42,246 nucleotides of DNA, from positions 1 to 42,246 of IMG/VR virus record IMGVR_UViG_3300023283_000230. One strand, written 5' to 3'. How positions within the stretch are numbered: the first letter of the stretch is position 1; the number at the start of each line of letters is the position of its first letter. Below, one piece after another: positions 34,036 to 42,246 of the stretch. The position numbers were made by a program, and so were the translations under genes. A model generated the notes under the pieces. The model was not told the DNA's origin, ran no database searches, and saw only the letters and a list, made by a program, of their open reading frames with translations. This DNA is from a virus. Lineage: Duplodnaviria > Caudoviricetes.

Positions 34036-34917
34036 GTGCCTGCGTCCAGAACTAAGCGCACGAAAAAGAAAGTTTCTCGGGGCCGCGCCGCCGCGCCGAA
34101 GCAACGGATGAAAAAAACTCAAGAATCCGAGGGAACCCCGGAAACCCCGAAAACCCCAGAAACTGCGCTCGAAGCTCGGCGCTCGAAGCTCCTCCGGGCT
34201 GCGGACATGGCGGCGCGGAAAAAGGCCAGTGTAGCGCGCCAACGGGCCGAAATTCGGGCCGCGGGAGAGCGCGGCGAGACCTACATGGGGCCGACCAGCA
34301 CCGTCAATCCGAGCGAGCGGGGTGAGCACCAGCACCTGAAGCTGATACCTCGGAGCTCAGCGCGCCAATTTACGCGAGCTTGGGCGGATGAGATTTTCTC
34401 AACCATCGAGCATCATATGCTCGGCGGTGCGACGATGACGAAGGCTTGTGAGCTCACCGGCTTGCAACCCGCAACGTTGGGGCGCTTGAGGATCGAGTTT
34501 CCTCACATTGCTAACGGAATTGCGGAAGCTAAGGTGCAACAAATCGATAGCCTCCTATCGAAATTGGCAGACATCCCCACCGACTACCCGCATGAGTCCT
34601 CAGCCGAGAAGCGCCTGCGCCTCGACTGCCTCCGGACCTACCTCGAGCTTTCATACCCCGAGCGCTTCGGCAAGCGCATGAACGTTGAAATCAAACAAGA
34701 ATTGCGGATCAAGGACGCGCTCTCCACTGCCCGCCAGCGCGCCGGGTTCACGTTCGATGAGCAGGGGAACGTCCTGACTAATGCTGTCGATGCATCCAGT
34801 ACTGAGGGCGCCAGCGCCGCGGCCACCATCGCTGCGGTGGCGGCCGTGATAGATGAGGAAAACTCAACTGAGCGCGCCGAGCGTGAAGCTCGGGACGCGG
34901 AGGAGCTGGGGTTCTAG
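34036..34917 (+). CDS. terS: Terminase small subunit
   Basis: HTH (G.TMTKAC..TGL...TL..LR) and RLRLD......L...YPERFG motif; lies upstream of terL. Confidence 0.8.
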   Translation: MPASRTKRTKKKVSRGRAAAPKQRMKKTQESEGTPETPKTPETALEARRSKLLRAADMAARKKASVARQRAEIRAAGERGETYMGPTSTVNPSERGEHQHLKLIPRSSARQFTRAWADEIFSTIEHHMLGGATMTKACELTGLQPATLGRLRIEFPHIANGIAEAKVQQIDSLLSKLADIPTDYPHESSAEKRLRLDCLRTYLELSYPERFGKRMNVEIKQELRIKDALSTARQRAGFTFDEQGNVLTNAVDASSTEGASAAATIAAVAAVIDEENSTERAEREARDAEELGF

Positions 34918-34967
34918 CTTTGAGCTTTGAGCTTTGAGCTTTGAGCTTTGAGCTTTGAGCTTTGAGC
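34916..34967. repeat. Perfect 7-bp tandem repeat (AGCTTTG)x7
   Basis: Read directly; non-coding; starts at the terS stop codon. Confidence 0.97.
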
Positions 34968-35276
34968 GCCGGGCATTGTGCCCCCGATAAATCGTCGGAT
35001 GCATGTCCGACCAGGTAGGCTGACCCTGGGCCGGGCGCTCGGCGCTCAAAGCGATCTAGGATCGGGATCGCCATTTTCGAGACCCCGGGAGGGGTGGGGG
35101 CGGGGGCGGACTGCGCGGCCGTCGCGCGAAGACAAGATACCTCAAGTCGCTGTCCGTGCGAAAAATTATTTTAAAAAAATTCACAGCTCCCACCTCCACC
35201 GTAAAGCTTTTTCTCCCCGCCCGGACCAACCCTGCCTGCTATACTCCCGCCAAGCCCGACGCCGTGCCCGCGACCC

Positions 35277-36827
35277 ATGAAATACAAGCCCGAGGACGAG
35301 CAAGCGCTCCTCGAAGACGTACTGAGCTTTGCTTACGACCCGGTAGGCTTCGTCCGGTACATCTACCCTTGGGGCGAACCGGGCACGCCGCTCGAGACTG
35401 TCCCCGGCCCCCGTGCGTGGCAGATGGAGTTCCTCGAGGCGGTGCGCGATCACGTCCAGCGTCAGAGCATCTTGTTCGACTTGGATCGCGCCGAGGATGC
35501 CCTCATCTACAAGGAAGCCATCGCCAGCGGCCGGGGCATCGGCAAGACTGCATTGCTCGCCATGCTTTCGCACTGGCAGGTCAGTTGTCATCTGGGCGCT
35601 CACGTGTTGGTGACGGCCAACACCGAATCGCAGATGCGCTCGGCGACCTTCCCCGAGTTCGGGCGGTGGTTCCAGCTCGGGTTGAACGCGCACTGGTGGG
35701 ACGTCGAGAGTTTGGCCGTTCGGCCCCAGGCTTGGCTCTCGAGACGCGTCCAGGACGAGCTTCGAATCGACGATCGATACTGGGGCGTGGCGGGGAAGAA
35801 CTGGACCGAGGAGAATCCGGATGCGTTCGTAGGGCCGCACAACTCGTACGGGTTGGCGTTGATCATGGATGAGGCGTCCGGGATCCCCGAGCCCATCTGG
35901 ACTGCGGCCAGCGGATTTTTCACCGAGATGAACCCGTTTCGGTTCTGGATAGCCTTCAGCAACCCCCGGCGTAACAGCGGTGCGTTCTTCGATCGGTTCC
36001 ACCACCCGGACATCGGGCACGGCTGGCGGCGCAAGCAGATAGACGCGCGGACGGTGAAGGAAGTCGAGCAAAGCATCTTCGAGTCCACGATTCGTGCGTA
36101 TGGACCGGATAGCGACCAGGCTCGCGTGGAGGTGTACGGGCAGTTCCCCGAGCAGGGTGAGGGGCAGCTGATCGCGAACTCCGTTGTGCGCGAGGCTCAG
36201 CGGCGAGAAATCTCGCCGGCTGAGGACAACGACGAGCCCATCATCATGGGGGTTGACCCCGCGCCTCGGGGCAGGACCGTCATCCGGTTCCGACAGGGCC
36301 GCGACGCGAAGACGTTCCCCGTCGTCGAACTGAACGGTGCAGACAACACCGCGATCGCGGATAAGATAGTGGAACTGAACAACCAGTATGATTGTGATGC
36401 TATCGTCGTGGACCAAGGCCTCGGTACCGGGGTCATTGACGAGCTGAAGCGCCGCCGCGTGCACGCTATAGAGGTGGGGTTCGGGTTCAAGCCCGAGAAC
36501 CCCGAGGGAGAGTGGGGGCTGCGGGGAGGTGAGTTGTGGGGCGCGTTGCGGGACTGGCTACCCACGGGGTGCATTGACGACTCCCCGCGGCTGTTCAACG
36601 ATCTGACGAAACGTACGTGGAAGTGGTACGGGGGCAGGGAAGACGGGAAGAAGACCTTGAACTCGAAGCGCGAGATGGCGAAGGAGGGGACCCCGTCCCC
36701 GGATGACGCGGACGCCTTGGCCCTGACCTTCGCGCCTAGGCTCCCCCGCCGGAGCGTGCGGGCCAGGCGGCTGGCCTCCCCGAGCCAGGTGCCGATCGCT
36801 GCCGGGCTCGACGCGCCGCTGCTATAG
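35277..36827 (+). CDS. terL: Terminase large subunit
   Basis: SGRGIGKT (Walker A), IMDEASG (Walker B), SNP, GVDPA, SPDDADALALTFA. Confidence 0.97.
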   Translation: MKYKPEDEQALLEDVLSFAYDPVGFVRYIYPWGEPGTPLETVPGPRAWQMEFLEAVRDHVQRQSILFDLDRAEDALIYKEAIASGRGIGKTALLAMLSHWQVSCHLGAHVLVTANTESQMRSATFPEFGRWFQLGLNAHWWDVESLAVRPQAWLSRRVQDELRIDDRYWGVAGKNWTEENPDAFVGPHNSYGLALIMDEASGIPEPIWTAASGFFTEMNPFRFWIAFSNPRRNSGAFFDRFHHPDIGHGWRRKQIDARTVKEVEQSIFESTIRAYGPDSDQARVEVYGQFPEQGEGQLIANSVVREAQRREISPAEDNDEPIIMGVDPAPRGRTVIRFRQGRDAKTFPVVELNGADNTAIADKIVELNNQYDCDAIVVDQGLGTGVIDELKRRRVHAIEVGFGFKPENPEGEWGLRGGELWGALRDWLPTGCIDDSPRLFNDLTKRTWKWYGGREDGKKTLNSKREMAKEGTPSPDDADALALTFAPRLPRRSVRARRLASPSQVPIAAGLDAPLL

Positions 36828-36861
36828 TATGATGGAGGGTCCATGAACGAGCGCCCAGCTG

Positions 36862-38514
36862 ATGCCTGAGAAGCCGATCCAGTTCCACACGACGCGCCTG
36901 GACAACCTCCGGCGCAAGCGCTCCCAGTGGGAGACCCAGTGGGAGGAGGTGGCCGAGCGGCTGCTCCCGGCCCACAAGCAGACGTTCCACTCTCGGGGGC
37001 TGACGAATGCGTTCACCCCGGGGCGGAAGAACCAAGAGGAGGTGTTCGACTCGACGCCGGCGCTCGCGCTCCAGCGGTTCAGCGCGGTCATCGAGTCGCT
37101 GGTGACTCCGCAGTCGGCGACGTGGCACCGGGTGGTGCCCGGGGAGCCGCGGCTGCGCAACAACCGGCGAGTGCGGTTGTACATGGACGAGCTGAACGCC
37201 TTGCTGTTCCGGCATCGATATCGGCCGGCAGCGAATTTCGTTGGCCAGTCGCAGAAGACGTACACCGGGTATGGGGCGTATGGCAACGGGCTCCTGTTTG
37301 TGGACGGGCAAGAAGATGGGTCCGGGTTGAGGTATCGGAATCTGCACCTTGGAGAGACGTATCTGGTCGAGAACCACCAGGGTATCGTGGATGCGTTCTA
37401 CCGGGCTTTCCATCTCGAGGCGCAGCAGATCGTCTCGATGTTCGATCAGGACGGGGACACCGTACCCGATAACGTCAAGCGCGCTGCGCGTGACGCAAAC
37501 CGTGCCGGCGAAGAGTTCGAGGTCGTGCACGTCGTCTCTCCGCGGGCCCGTTTCGACCCCGAGCGTGTGGATGCGCTGGGGATGCCGTGGGAGTCGCTGC
37601 ACTTCCTGCCGAACGACAACGCCGTGCTCCGAGAGAGCGGTTTCCGGCGTTTCCCGCTGGCCGTGGCGCGCTTCGCGCAGTTCACTAACGAGACGTATGG
37701 CCGAGGGCCAGCACAGATCGTGCTGCCGGCCATCAAGGTGCTGAACCAGGAGAAGAAGACTGTCATCAAGCAGGGGCATCGGATCGTGGACCCGGTTCTT
37801 CTCGCGCATGACGACGGCGTGGTCGGGACGTTCTCGTTGCGACCCGGGGCGATCAACGCGGGGGGTGTGAACTCTCAGGGGCGGCCGCTGGTGCAGCCCC
37901 TGCCCGTCGGGAACATCGCCGTGGGCCAAGAGCTGATGGCTGACGAGCGCGCGATCATCAACGACGCGTTCTTGCTGACGCTCTTTCAGATCCTGGTGGA
38001 CACGCCGCAGATGACGGCAACGGAGGTGCTCGAGCGCGCCCGGGAGAAGGGCATGCTCATCGCGCCTACGGCCGGGCGGCTGCAGGCTGAGTTCCTCGGG
38101 CCGATGATCGAACGCGAGTTGGGGGTGTTGTTCGATCAGGGGTTGCTGCCACCGCCTCCACCGGTGCTGCTCGAGACCGGGGGCGAGTTCCAGATCGAGT
38201 ACGACAACCCGCTGTCGCGGATGACGCGCGCGGAGAATGCGGCGGGGTTCATGCGCTCGCTGGATACGGCGCTCAACTTCGTGCAGATCACGCAGGACCT
38301 CTCGTCCCTGGACTGGTTCAATCTCGATGTCGCGATGCCGGCTATCCAGGACATCAATGGGGCTCCGACCTCGTGGACTCGTTCTTTCGAGGAGGTCCAA
38401 GCGATTCGGGCGGAGCGCGCCAGGCTCGAGGAGGAGCAGCGCGTCGTCCAGGCCGCCCCGCAGTTGGCCGGGGCGGCAAAGGCGATTTCGGGCATCCCGG
38501 AGAATCAACGGTAA
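36862..38514 (+). CDS. Portal / head-tail connector (BPP-1/T7-like)
   Basis: FDST, YGRGP, QMTATEVLER..EK...P..GRLQ.EFL.P.IER. Confidence 0.95.
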   Translation: MPEKPIQFHTTRLDNLRRKRSQWETQWEEVAERLLPAHKQTFHSRGLTNAFTPGRKNQEEVFDSTPALALQRFSAVIESLVTPQSATWHRVVPGEPRLRNNRRVRLYMDELNALLFRHRYRPAANFVGQSQKTYTGYGAYGNGLLFVDGQEDGSGLRYRNLHLGETYLVENHQGIVDAFYRAFHLEAQQIVSMFDQDGDTVPDNVKRAARDANRAGEEFEVVHVVSPRARFDPERVDALGMPWESLHFLPNDNAVLRESGFRRFPLAVARFAQFTNETYGRGPAQIVLPAIKVLNQEKKTVIKQGHRIVDPVLLAHDDGVVGTFSLRPGAINAGGVNSQGRPLVQPLPVGNIAVGQELMADERAIINDAFLLTLFQILVDTPQMTATEVLERAREKGMLIAPTAGRLQAEFLGPMIERELGVLFDQGLLPPPPPVLLETGGEFQIEYDNPLSRMTRAENAAGFMRSLDTALNFVQITQDLSSLDWFNLDVAMPAIQDINGAPTSWTRSFEEVQAIRAERARLEEEQRVVQAAPQLAGAAKAISGIPENQR

Positions 38515-38768
38515 TGACTACGAGAGTTCTGATTCCACTTCTGGGCCTGGTCTTGCTCGCGGGGTGCGCGAACCTTCCGGTCCCGACCGGACAGCTTCGC
38601 GTGACCGAGCATGGCGAGAGCGCAGGGTTTCCTTTGGCCGGCTCGGGTGAACTCGGAGGCTGTATTGCGTCGGTAGTCGGCAATCTGCCGGCCGGCCTCG
38701 TGCTGAGGTACGCCGGTGAGCATTGTAGGGTTGAGTATCAAAGCCCTCGGCAATCTGAGGAGCCCTGA
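38514..38768 (+). CDS. Small lipoprotein
   Basis: TAATG overlap; lipobox LAGC; two further Cys residues. Confidence 0.7.
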   Translation: MTTRVLIPLLGLVLLAGCANLPVPTGQLRVTEHGESAGFPLAGSGELGGCIASVVGNLPAGLVLRYAGEHCRVEYQSPRQSEEP

Positions 38769-38773
38769 GTCCT

Positions 38774-39088
38774 ATGTCTGCTCTGCAGGATCAATTGCGA
38801 AAGTACATCGGGCGCCGACAACATGCCTACCGGCGGACTTTCGACGGGCCGTTGGCCGAGGAGGTGCTCATCGACCTTGCGCGCTTTTGTCGAGCGCACG
38901 AGACGACGTTTCATCCAGATGCGCGCACGAGCGCGTTACTAGAGGGGAGACGTGAGGTCCTGCTTCGTATCATGGATCACTGTAAGCTCTCCCCGGATGA
39001 TCTCTTCGATCTGAGTACGGGGGCCCTGAGCCGGGGCTCCGCGCTCAGAGTTTCTACGGCAACAACGGAGGAAGACAGCAATGCCTGA
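38774..39088 (+). CDS. Bbp19-like head protein
   Basis: YRRTF......VL.DL..FC....TTF.......EGRREV.LRI signature. Confidence 0.85.
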   Translation: MSALQDQLRKYIGRRQHAYRRTFDGPLAEEVLIDLARFCRAHETTFHPDARTSALLEGRREVLLRIMDHCKLSPDDLFDLSTGALSRGSALRVSTATTEEDSNA

Positions 39089-39932
39089 CGACACTGGCGG
39101 ACAAGGTGGTACCCCCGCCCCAGCCCCAACTCCTGTCCCCGCTTCAACTCCTGCCCCGGCAGATGAGACCCCTTTCTACGAGGGTTTCTCAGACACGGAG
39201 ATCAAAAGCTGGGTTGAGGCGAAAGGTTGGAAGAGCGCCGAGGCTCTGGCGAAGTCCGCCCTGAACCTCGAGCGCATGATCGGAGCGCCGCCTGAGCAGA
39301 TCGTGCGGATCCCCCAGAGTGAGGATCCGGCGGCGCTCCGGCCGGTCTTCGAACGCTTGGGCATGCCCGCCAAGCCCGAGGACTACGAGATTCCGCAGGG
39401 TGAGGGCTCCATCCCCGAGTATGAGCAGGAGGCGCGCCAGACGTACCACAAGCTCGGGCTCACGAAGAGCCAGGCCAAAGCGCTAACAGAGTTCAACCAG
39501 GAGTTCGCCAAGAAGTACGAGGCGAGCCAGAATGAGACCCGGGCGCTGGAGTCCACCACGGCGGACACCGAGCTGAAACGCGAATGGGGCAACGCCTACC
39601 CGCGGCAGATGAATGCGGCACAGCGCGCGGCTCAGCAGCTCGGTTTCACTGAGGATATGGTGGCGGGGTTGGAGAACGCGGTGGGGTACAAGGACACGAT
39701 GAAGTTCCTGGCGCAGTTGGGTGGCAAGCTCGGGGAGGACAATCTCGTCTCCGGGGACGGCCGGCCGGGGTTTGGGGGTACGATGACGCCCGCGCAAGCG
39801 CAGCAGGCGTGGGCGGCCTTCAGCTCGGACCCGGGCAACCGGGAAGCGCTGTTCAACCGGATGCACCCGGGTCACGCAGAAGCGCTGAAGCGCAAGACCG
39901 AGCTGTTCCAGGTGATGCACCCCAATGAGTAG
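39081..39932 (+). CDS. Capsid scaffolding protein
   Basis: Pro-rich N-terminus, LG.P.KPEDY, L..EWG..Y, HPGH; lies before the capsid gene. Confidence 0.88.
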   Translation: MPDDTGGQGGTPAPAPTPVPASTPAPADETPFYEGFSDTEIKSWVEAKGWKSAEALAKSALNLERMIGAPPEQIVRIPQSEDPAALRPVFERLGMPAKPEDYEIPQGEGSIPEYEQEARQTYHKLGLTKSQAKALTEFNQEFAKKYEASQNETRALESTTADTELKREWGNAYPRQMNAAQRAAQQLGFTEDMVAGLENAVGYKDTMKFLAQLGGKLGEDNLVSGDGRPGFGGTMTPAQAQQAWAAFSSDPGNREALFNRMHPGHAEALKRKTELFQVMHPNE

Positions 39933-40170
39933 GGCCGCCCTCCTCGTGGATTTCGAGCTCCAAGACCCCGGCTCAGTGTCTCGGATGGTGACGGAGGTGG
40001 GGACGCTGCTGGCGAGGCTCGAGAAGGCCGGAGCAGTCAACCTGGGTAACGCCGAGGTGTCCTTGCACACCGCGGCGTCCCGGGACCGGCTGCTGACGGC
40101 GCGCACTGAGTTCTCCTGTGGTATACTGCGCCCAGGAGACTCCAAGGTTGATGCCGGGGTTTCACGCTAG
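39925..40170 (+). CDS. Hypothetical small protein
   Basis: Overlaps the scaffold stop and fills the gap; contains a -10 element for the capsid gene. Confidence 0.4.
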   Translation: MSRAALLVDFELQDPGSVSRMVTEVGTLLARLEKAGAVNLGNAEVSLHTAASRDRLLTARTEFSCGILRPGDSKVDAGVSR

Positions 40171-40282
40171 GCCGGGGCCGTGCCCCGGCCGGCACCTGAG
40201 AGGCGGACAAAGACGGGGCTAAGCCCCGTCTCCGCCATCTGGGCTCGGGTGGTTCGGCTCCTCCCCGACGGGGGGACAAGCC
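40170..40282 (+). promoter_or_regulatory. Structured leader upstream of the major capsid gene
   Basis: Three GC hairpins (40170-40190, 40202-40236, 40256-40282), two of them with a GGACAA bulge. Confidence 0.55.
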
Positions 40283-40325
40283 TAAGTAGGTTTGTTTCGT
40301 CAACGGGTCACAGGAGGAGAATCCG

Positions 40326-41213
40326 ATGCCCGACGCAATCACCACCGCCTTTGTACAGGACTTCAAGGCCACGGTCGAGCTGCTCCTGCAGCAGGCGGGC
40401 GCGCGATTTCCGCAGGCGGTCACTCAGGACAACTACGTGGGCAAGCAGGGCGCTGCGGTGGAGCAGTTCGGCCCGGCGGCTGCCCAGAAGAAGACCTCTC
40501 GCCACGCGGATACGCCACTGCTCGATGTCCCGCAGGATAAGCGGTGGGTGTTTCCGGTGGATTACGAGTGGGCTTCGCTCATCGACAACCAGGACCGCCT
40601 GCGCATGATCGTAGACCCGACGGGTCCGTACGCGGTCAACGGGGCGAACGCCATCTCGCGGGCGTGGGACGACGAGATCATCAGCGCCTTCTTCGCGACG
40701 GCCAAGGTCGGCGAGAACGGCACCACGAACGAGACGTTCGACACCACCAATCACCAGGTCGGAGTGAACGTCGGGGGTACGGCGTCGAGCCTGAACGTGG
40801 CCAAGCTTCAGAGTGCGCTCCAGAAGCTCATGGAGGCGTTCAAGGGCGATGTCACCGAGCCCATCTTCTGCGCGATCAGCTCGTTCGAGCATGACGCGCT
40901 CCTGAAGGAAGTGCAGGTCACCAGCCGCGACTTCAATGGCGGACAGCCGGTGCTGGAGGATGGTCGGGTCCGGCGATTCATGGGGATCAACTTCATCCTC
41001 ACCGAGCGGCTGAACGTCGCGTCGGGCAACCGAGAGATCCCGGTGTGGGTGCCGTCTGGCATGCACCTTGGCCGATGGGGCGGTCTTGAGACGGTGATCA
41101 GCCGCCGTGCGGATAAGAGCAACGCCTGGCAGGTCTATCTCGCGAGCACCATTGGGGCCACCCGTCTTCAGGCGGGCAAGGTCATCAAGATCCTCGTGGA
41201 CGACCAGATCTAA
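40326..41213 (+). CDS. Major capsid protein (Bbp17-like)
   Basis: FVQDF..TVELLLQQ, RHADTP, D..D.LRM..DP...Y, L..G.V..FMG.NFI, GATRL...KV; strong RBS. Confidence 0.93.
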   Translation: MPDAITTAFVQDFKATVELLLQQAGARFPQAVTQDNYVGKQGAAVEQFGPAAAQKKTSRHADTPLLDVPQDKRWVFPVDYEWASLIDNQDRLRMIVDPTGPYAVNGANAISRAWDDEIISAFFATAKVGENGTTNETFDTTNHQVGVNVGGTASSLNVAKLQSALQKLMEAFKGDVTEPIFCAISSFEHDALLKEVQVTSRDFNGGQPVLEDGRVRRFMGINFILTERLNVASGNREIPVWVPSGMHLGRWGGLETVISRRADKSNAWQVYLASTIGATRLQAGKVIKILVDDQI

Positions 41214-41239
41214 GCGGCTTGAAGCCCTAGGAGGTTAAG

Positions 41240-41788
41240 ATGGCGGTTCAGAACAAGTCGTCTCAGATCATCACCGACCTCGATGCGTCGCCGGTGGTCA
41301 AGACGAACCAATTGGAGCGGGGGGCTGCCCTTCGCTCCGCGATTGCACACCTGTCGCTCACGGCTGCGGAGGTCGATGGCGACGCGGGGAGCGTGTGGCG
41401 CATGCTCCGTATCCCGGCCCGGGCTCGAGTGGAGCGGCTTGAGATTATCAACGATGATCTCGAGGGCGCTACCCCCACCCTGACGGTCAACATCGGGCTC
41501 TACGAGGTTGATGGGGGCGCGGCCAAGGACGCGGACTTCTTTGCGTCGGCGGTCGATACGCTCCAGGGGGCCACCACGTCGTTCCAGGATCTGACCTACG
41601 AGTCGGGGGCCGGGGTCCTGGATCTTCCCAAGTACGTGCAGGCGCTTTGGGAGCAGCTCGGTGATGCCGACACCCCGGAGAATCGGGGCAAAGAGTATGA
41701 CATCGCGTTCACCGTGGCCAATGCTGCGGGGAGCAACCCCCAGGCCGGCGACATCGTGATGCGGGCCACCTACGCGCTCTTCGAGTAG
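41240..41788 (+). CDS. Capsid-associated protein (cement/decoration-like)
   Basis: AGGAGG RBS; follows the major capsid gene; beta-rich and acidic. Confidence 0.7.
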   Translation: MAVQNKSSQIITDLDASPVVKTNQLERGAALRSAIAHLSLTAAEVDGDAGSVWRMLRIPARARVERLEIINDDLEGATPTLTVNIGLYEVDGGAAKDADFFASAVDTLQGATTSFQDLTYESGAGVLDLPKYVQALWEQLGDADTPENRGKEYDIAFTVANAAGSNPQAGDIVMRATYALFE

Positions 41789-41796
41789 CGGCACCG

Positions 41797-41825
41797 CCCC
41801 CGGGGGCTGAGCCCCCGGGGGGTTT
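41797..41825 (+). terminator. Probable leaky intrinsic terminator
   Basis: CCCCCGGGGGC-TGA-GCCCCCGGGGG followed by only GTTT. Confidence 0.6.
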
Positions 41826-41838
41826 CAGGAGGAAGTAG

Positions 41839-42072
41839 ATGGCGACTCGCTATATCGGGATGGTCCAGACGGACGCCCAGTTCATCGGCGGTGACGTGAT
41901 CGGGGCGGCGAGTGGAGGCACCCTGGCGGGCAGCCAGGTAGTGCAGGTGGTCTTCGACGACTCGGTTTTCGGCTCCAGTCAGGAAGGCAAGCAGCGCCTG
42001 CTCGCAGCGCTCGAGGTCATCCAATCCCGGCTCGAAGCGGCCAAGGCGTGGCCGGTTACGAGCGGTTCGTAA
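41839..42072 (+). CDS. Small virion protein, paralog of the C-terminal domain of 2879-3874
   Basis: AGGAGG RBS; 47/77 identity to 3641-3874. Confidence 0.85.
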   Translation: MATRYIGMVQTDAQFIGGDVIGAASGGTLAGSQVVQVVFDDSVFGSSQEGKQRLLAALEVIQSRLEAAKAWPVTSGS

Positions 42073-42081
42073 GGGGGCGGC

Positions 42082-42246
42082 ATGGCGACGAAGGCAATCA
42101 GCTCTGTCACCCGGCAACACGGGAAGCTCGTAGTCCTCTGGGAGGAGCTCGCGACTGGAGATCAAGGCGCGGTCTTCGAGCCCCCGCCGGGCTACGCGCT
42201 GGACAGCATGCAGTTCACGGGGACGTTCGGGGGCGGTACCGCCAAG
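42082..42246 (+). CDS. 5' part of the junction-spanning virion gene (continues to 325)
   Basis: ATG at 42082; frame is open through the terminal overlap. Confidence 0.75.
   Translation, partial: MATKAISSVTRQHGKLVVLWEELATGDQGAVFEPPPGYALDSMQFTGTFGGGTAK
42096..42246. repeat. Terminal overlap copy 2
   Basis: Matches 1-151 at 150 of 151 positions. Confidence 0.97.

Noticed and set aside
36736-38508. Long antisense ORFs opposite the portal (also opposite terL and the virion genes)
   Set aside because: Typical antisense shadows of GC3-biased genes, with no motifs or RBS.
42096-42246. Biological T7-like direct terminal repeat
   Set aside because: It lies mid-gene and its length matches a typical read or assembly overlap.
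1-42246. Integrase, CI repressor, phage RNA polymerase, tRNA or rRNA genes
   Set aside because: No supporting motifs were seen by eye. tRNAscan and HMM searches would be needed to exclude divergent copies.

Overview
This window appears to be a complete, circularly assembled, GC-rich tailed-phage genome of about 42,095 bp. Positions 1-151 recur at 42096-42246 with one synonymous mismatch. The virion is podovirus-type, with a BPP-1/T7-like head, tail tubes and ejection proteins. No phage RNA polymerase, integrase or obvious CI repressor is recognisable. Two divergent arms start from a control region at about 33.8-34.0 kb. The + strand (34.0 kb through the end, wrapping to 15.7 kb) carries terS, terL, portal, scaffold, major capsid, a block of extra capsid/fibre genes, tail tubes A and B, three internal virion proteins, a tail fibre and a holin-like gene. 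The - strand (33.8 to 15.6 kb) carries small early genes, RuvC, nucleotide-handling enzymes, a DNA methyltransferase, a lysozyme-like protein, an APSE-like replication module (SNF2 helicase, DUF2800 nuclease, DUF2815 SSB, family A polymerase, primase-helicase), a metallophosphoesterase and a lipoprotein serine protease. Two unexplained signals stand out. (1) An unannotated ~87-nt two-hairpin small RNA at 33144-33230 has its own promoter and terminator, and its two loops are exactly complementary to the leader and Shine-Dalgarno of the first gene of the adjacent early operon. (2) A putative capsid-anchored 'ruler' fibre: a protein of 20-aa repeats ends in a 61%-identical copy of a stand-alone small protein encoded in the capsid cluster. 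All family calls come from motif recognition by eye, not from database searches.
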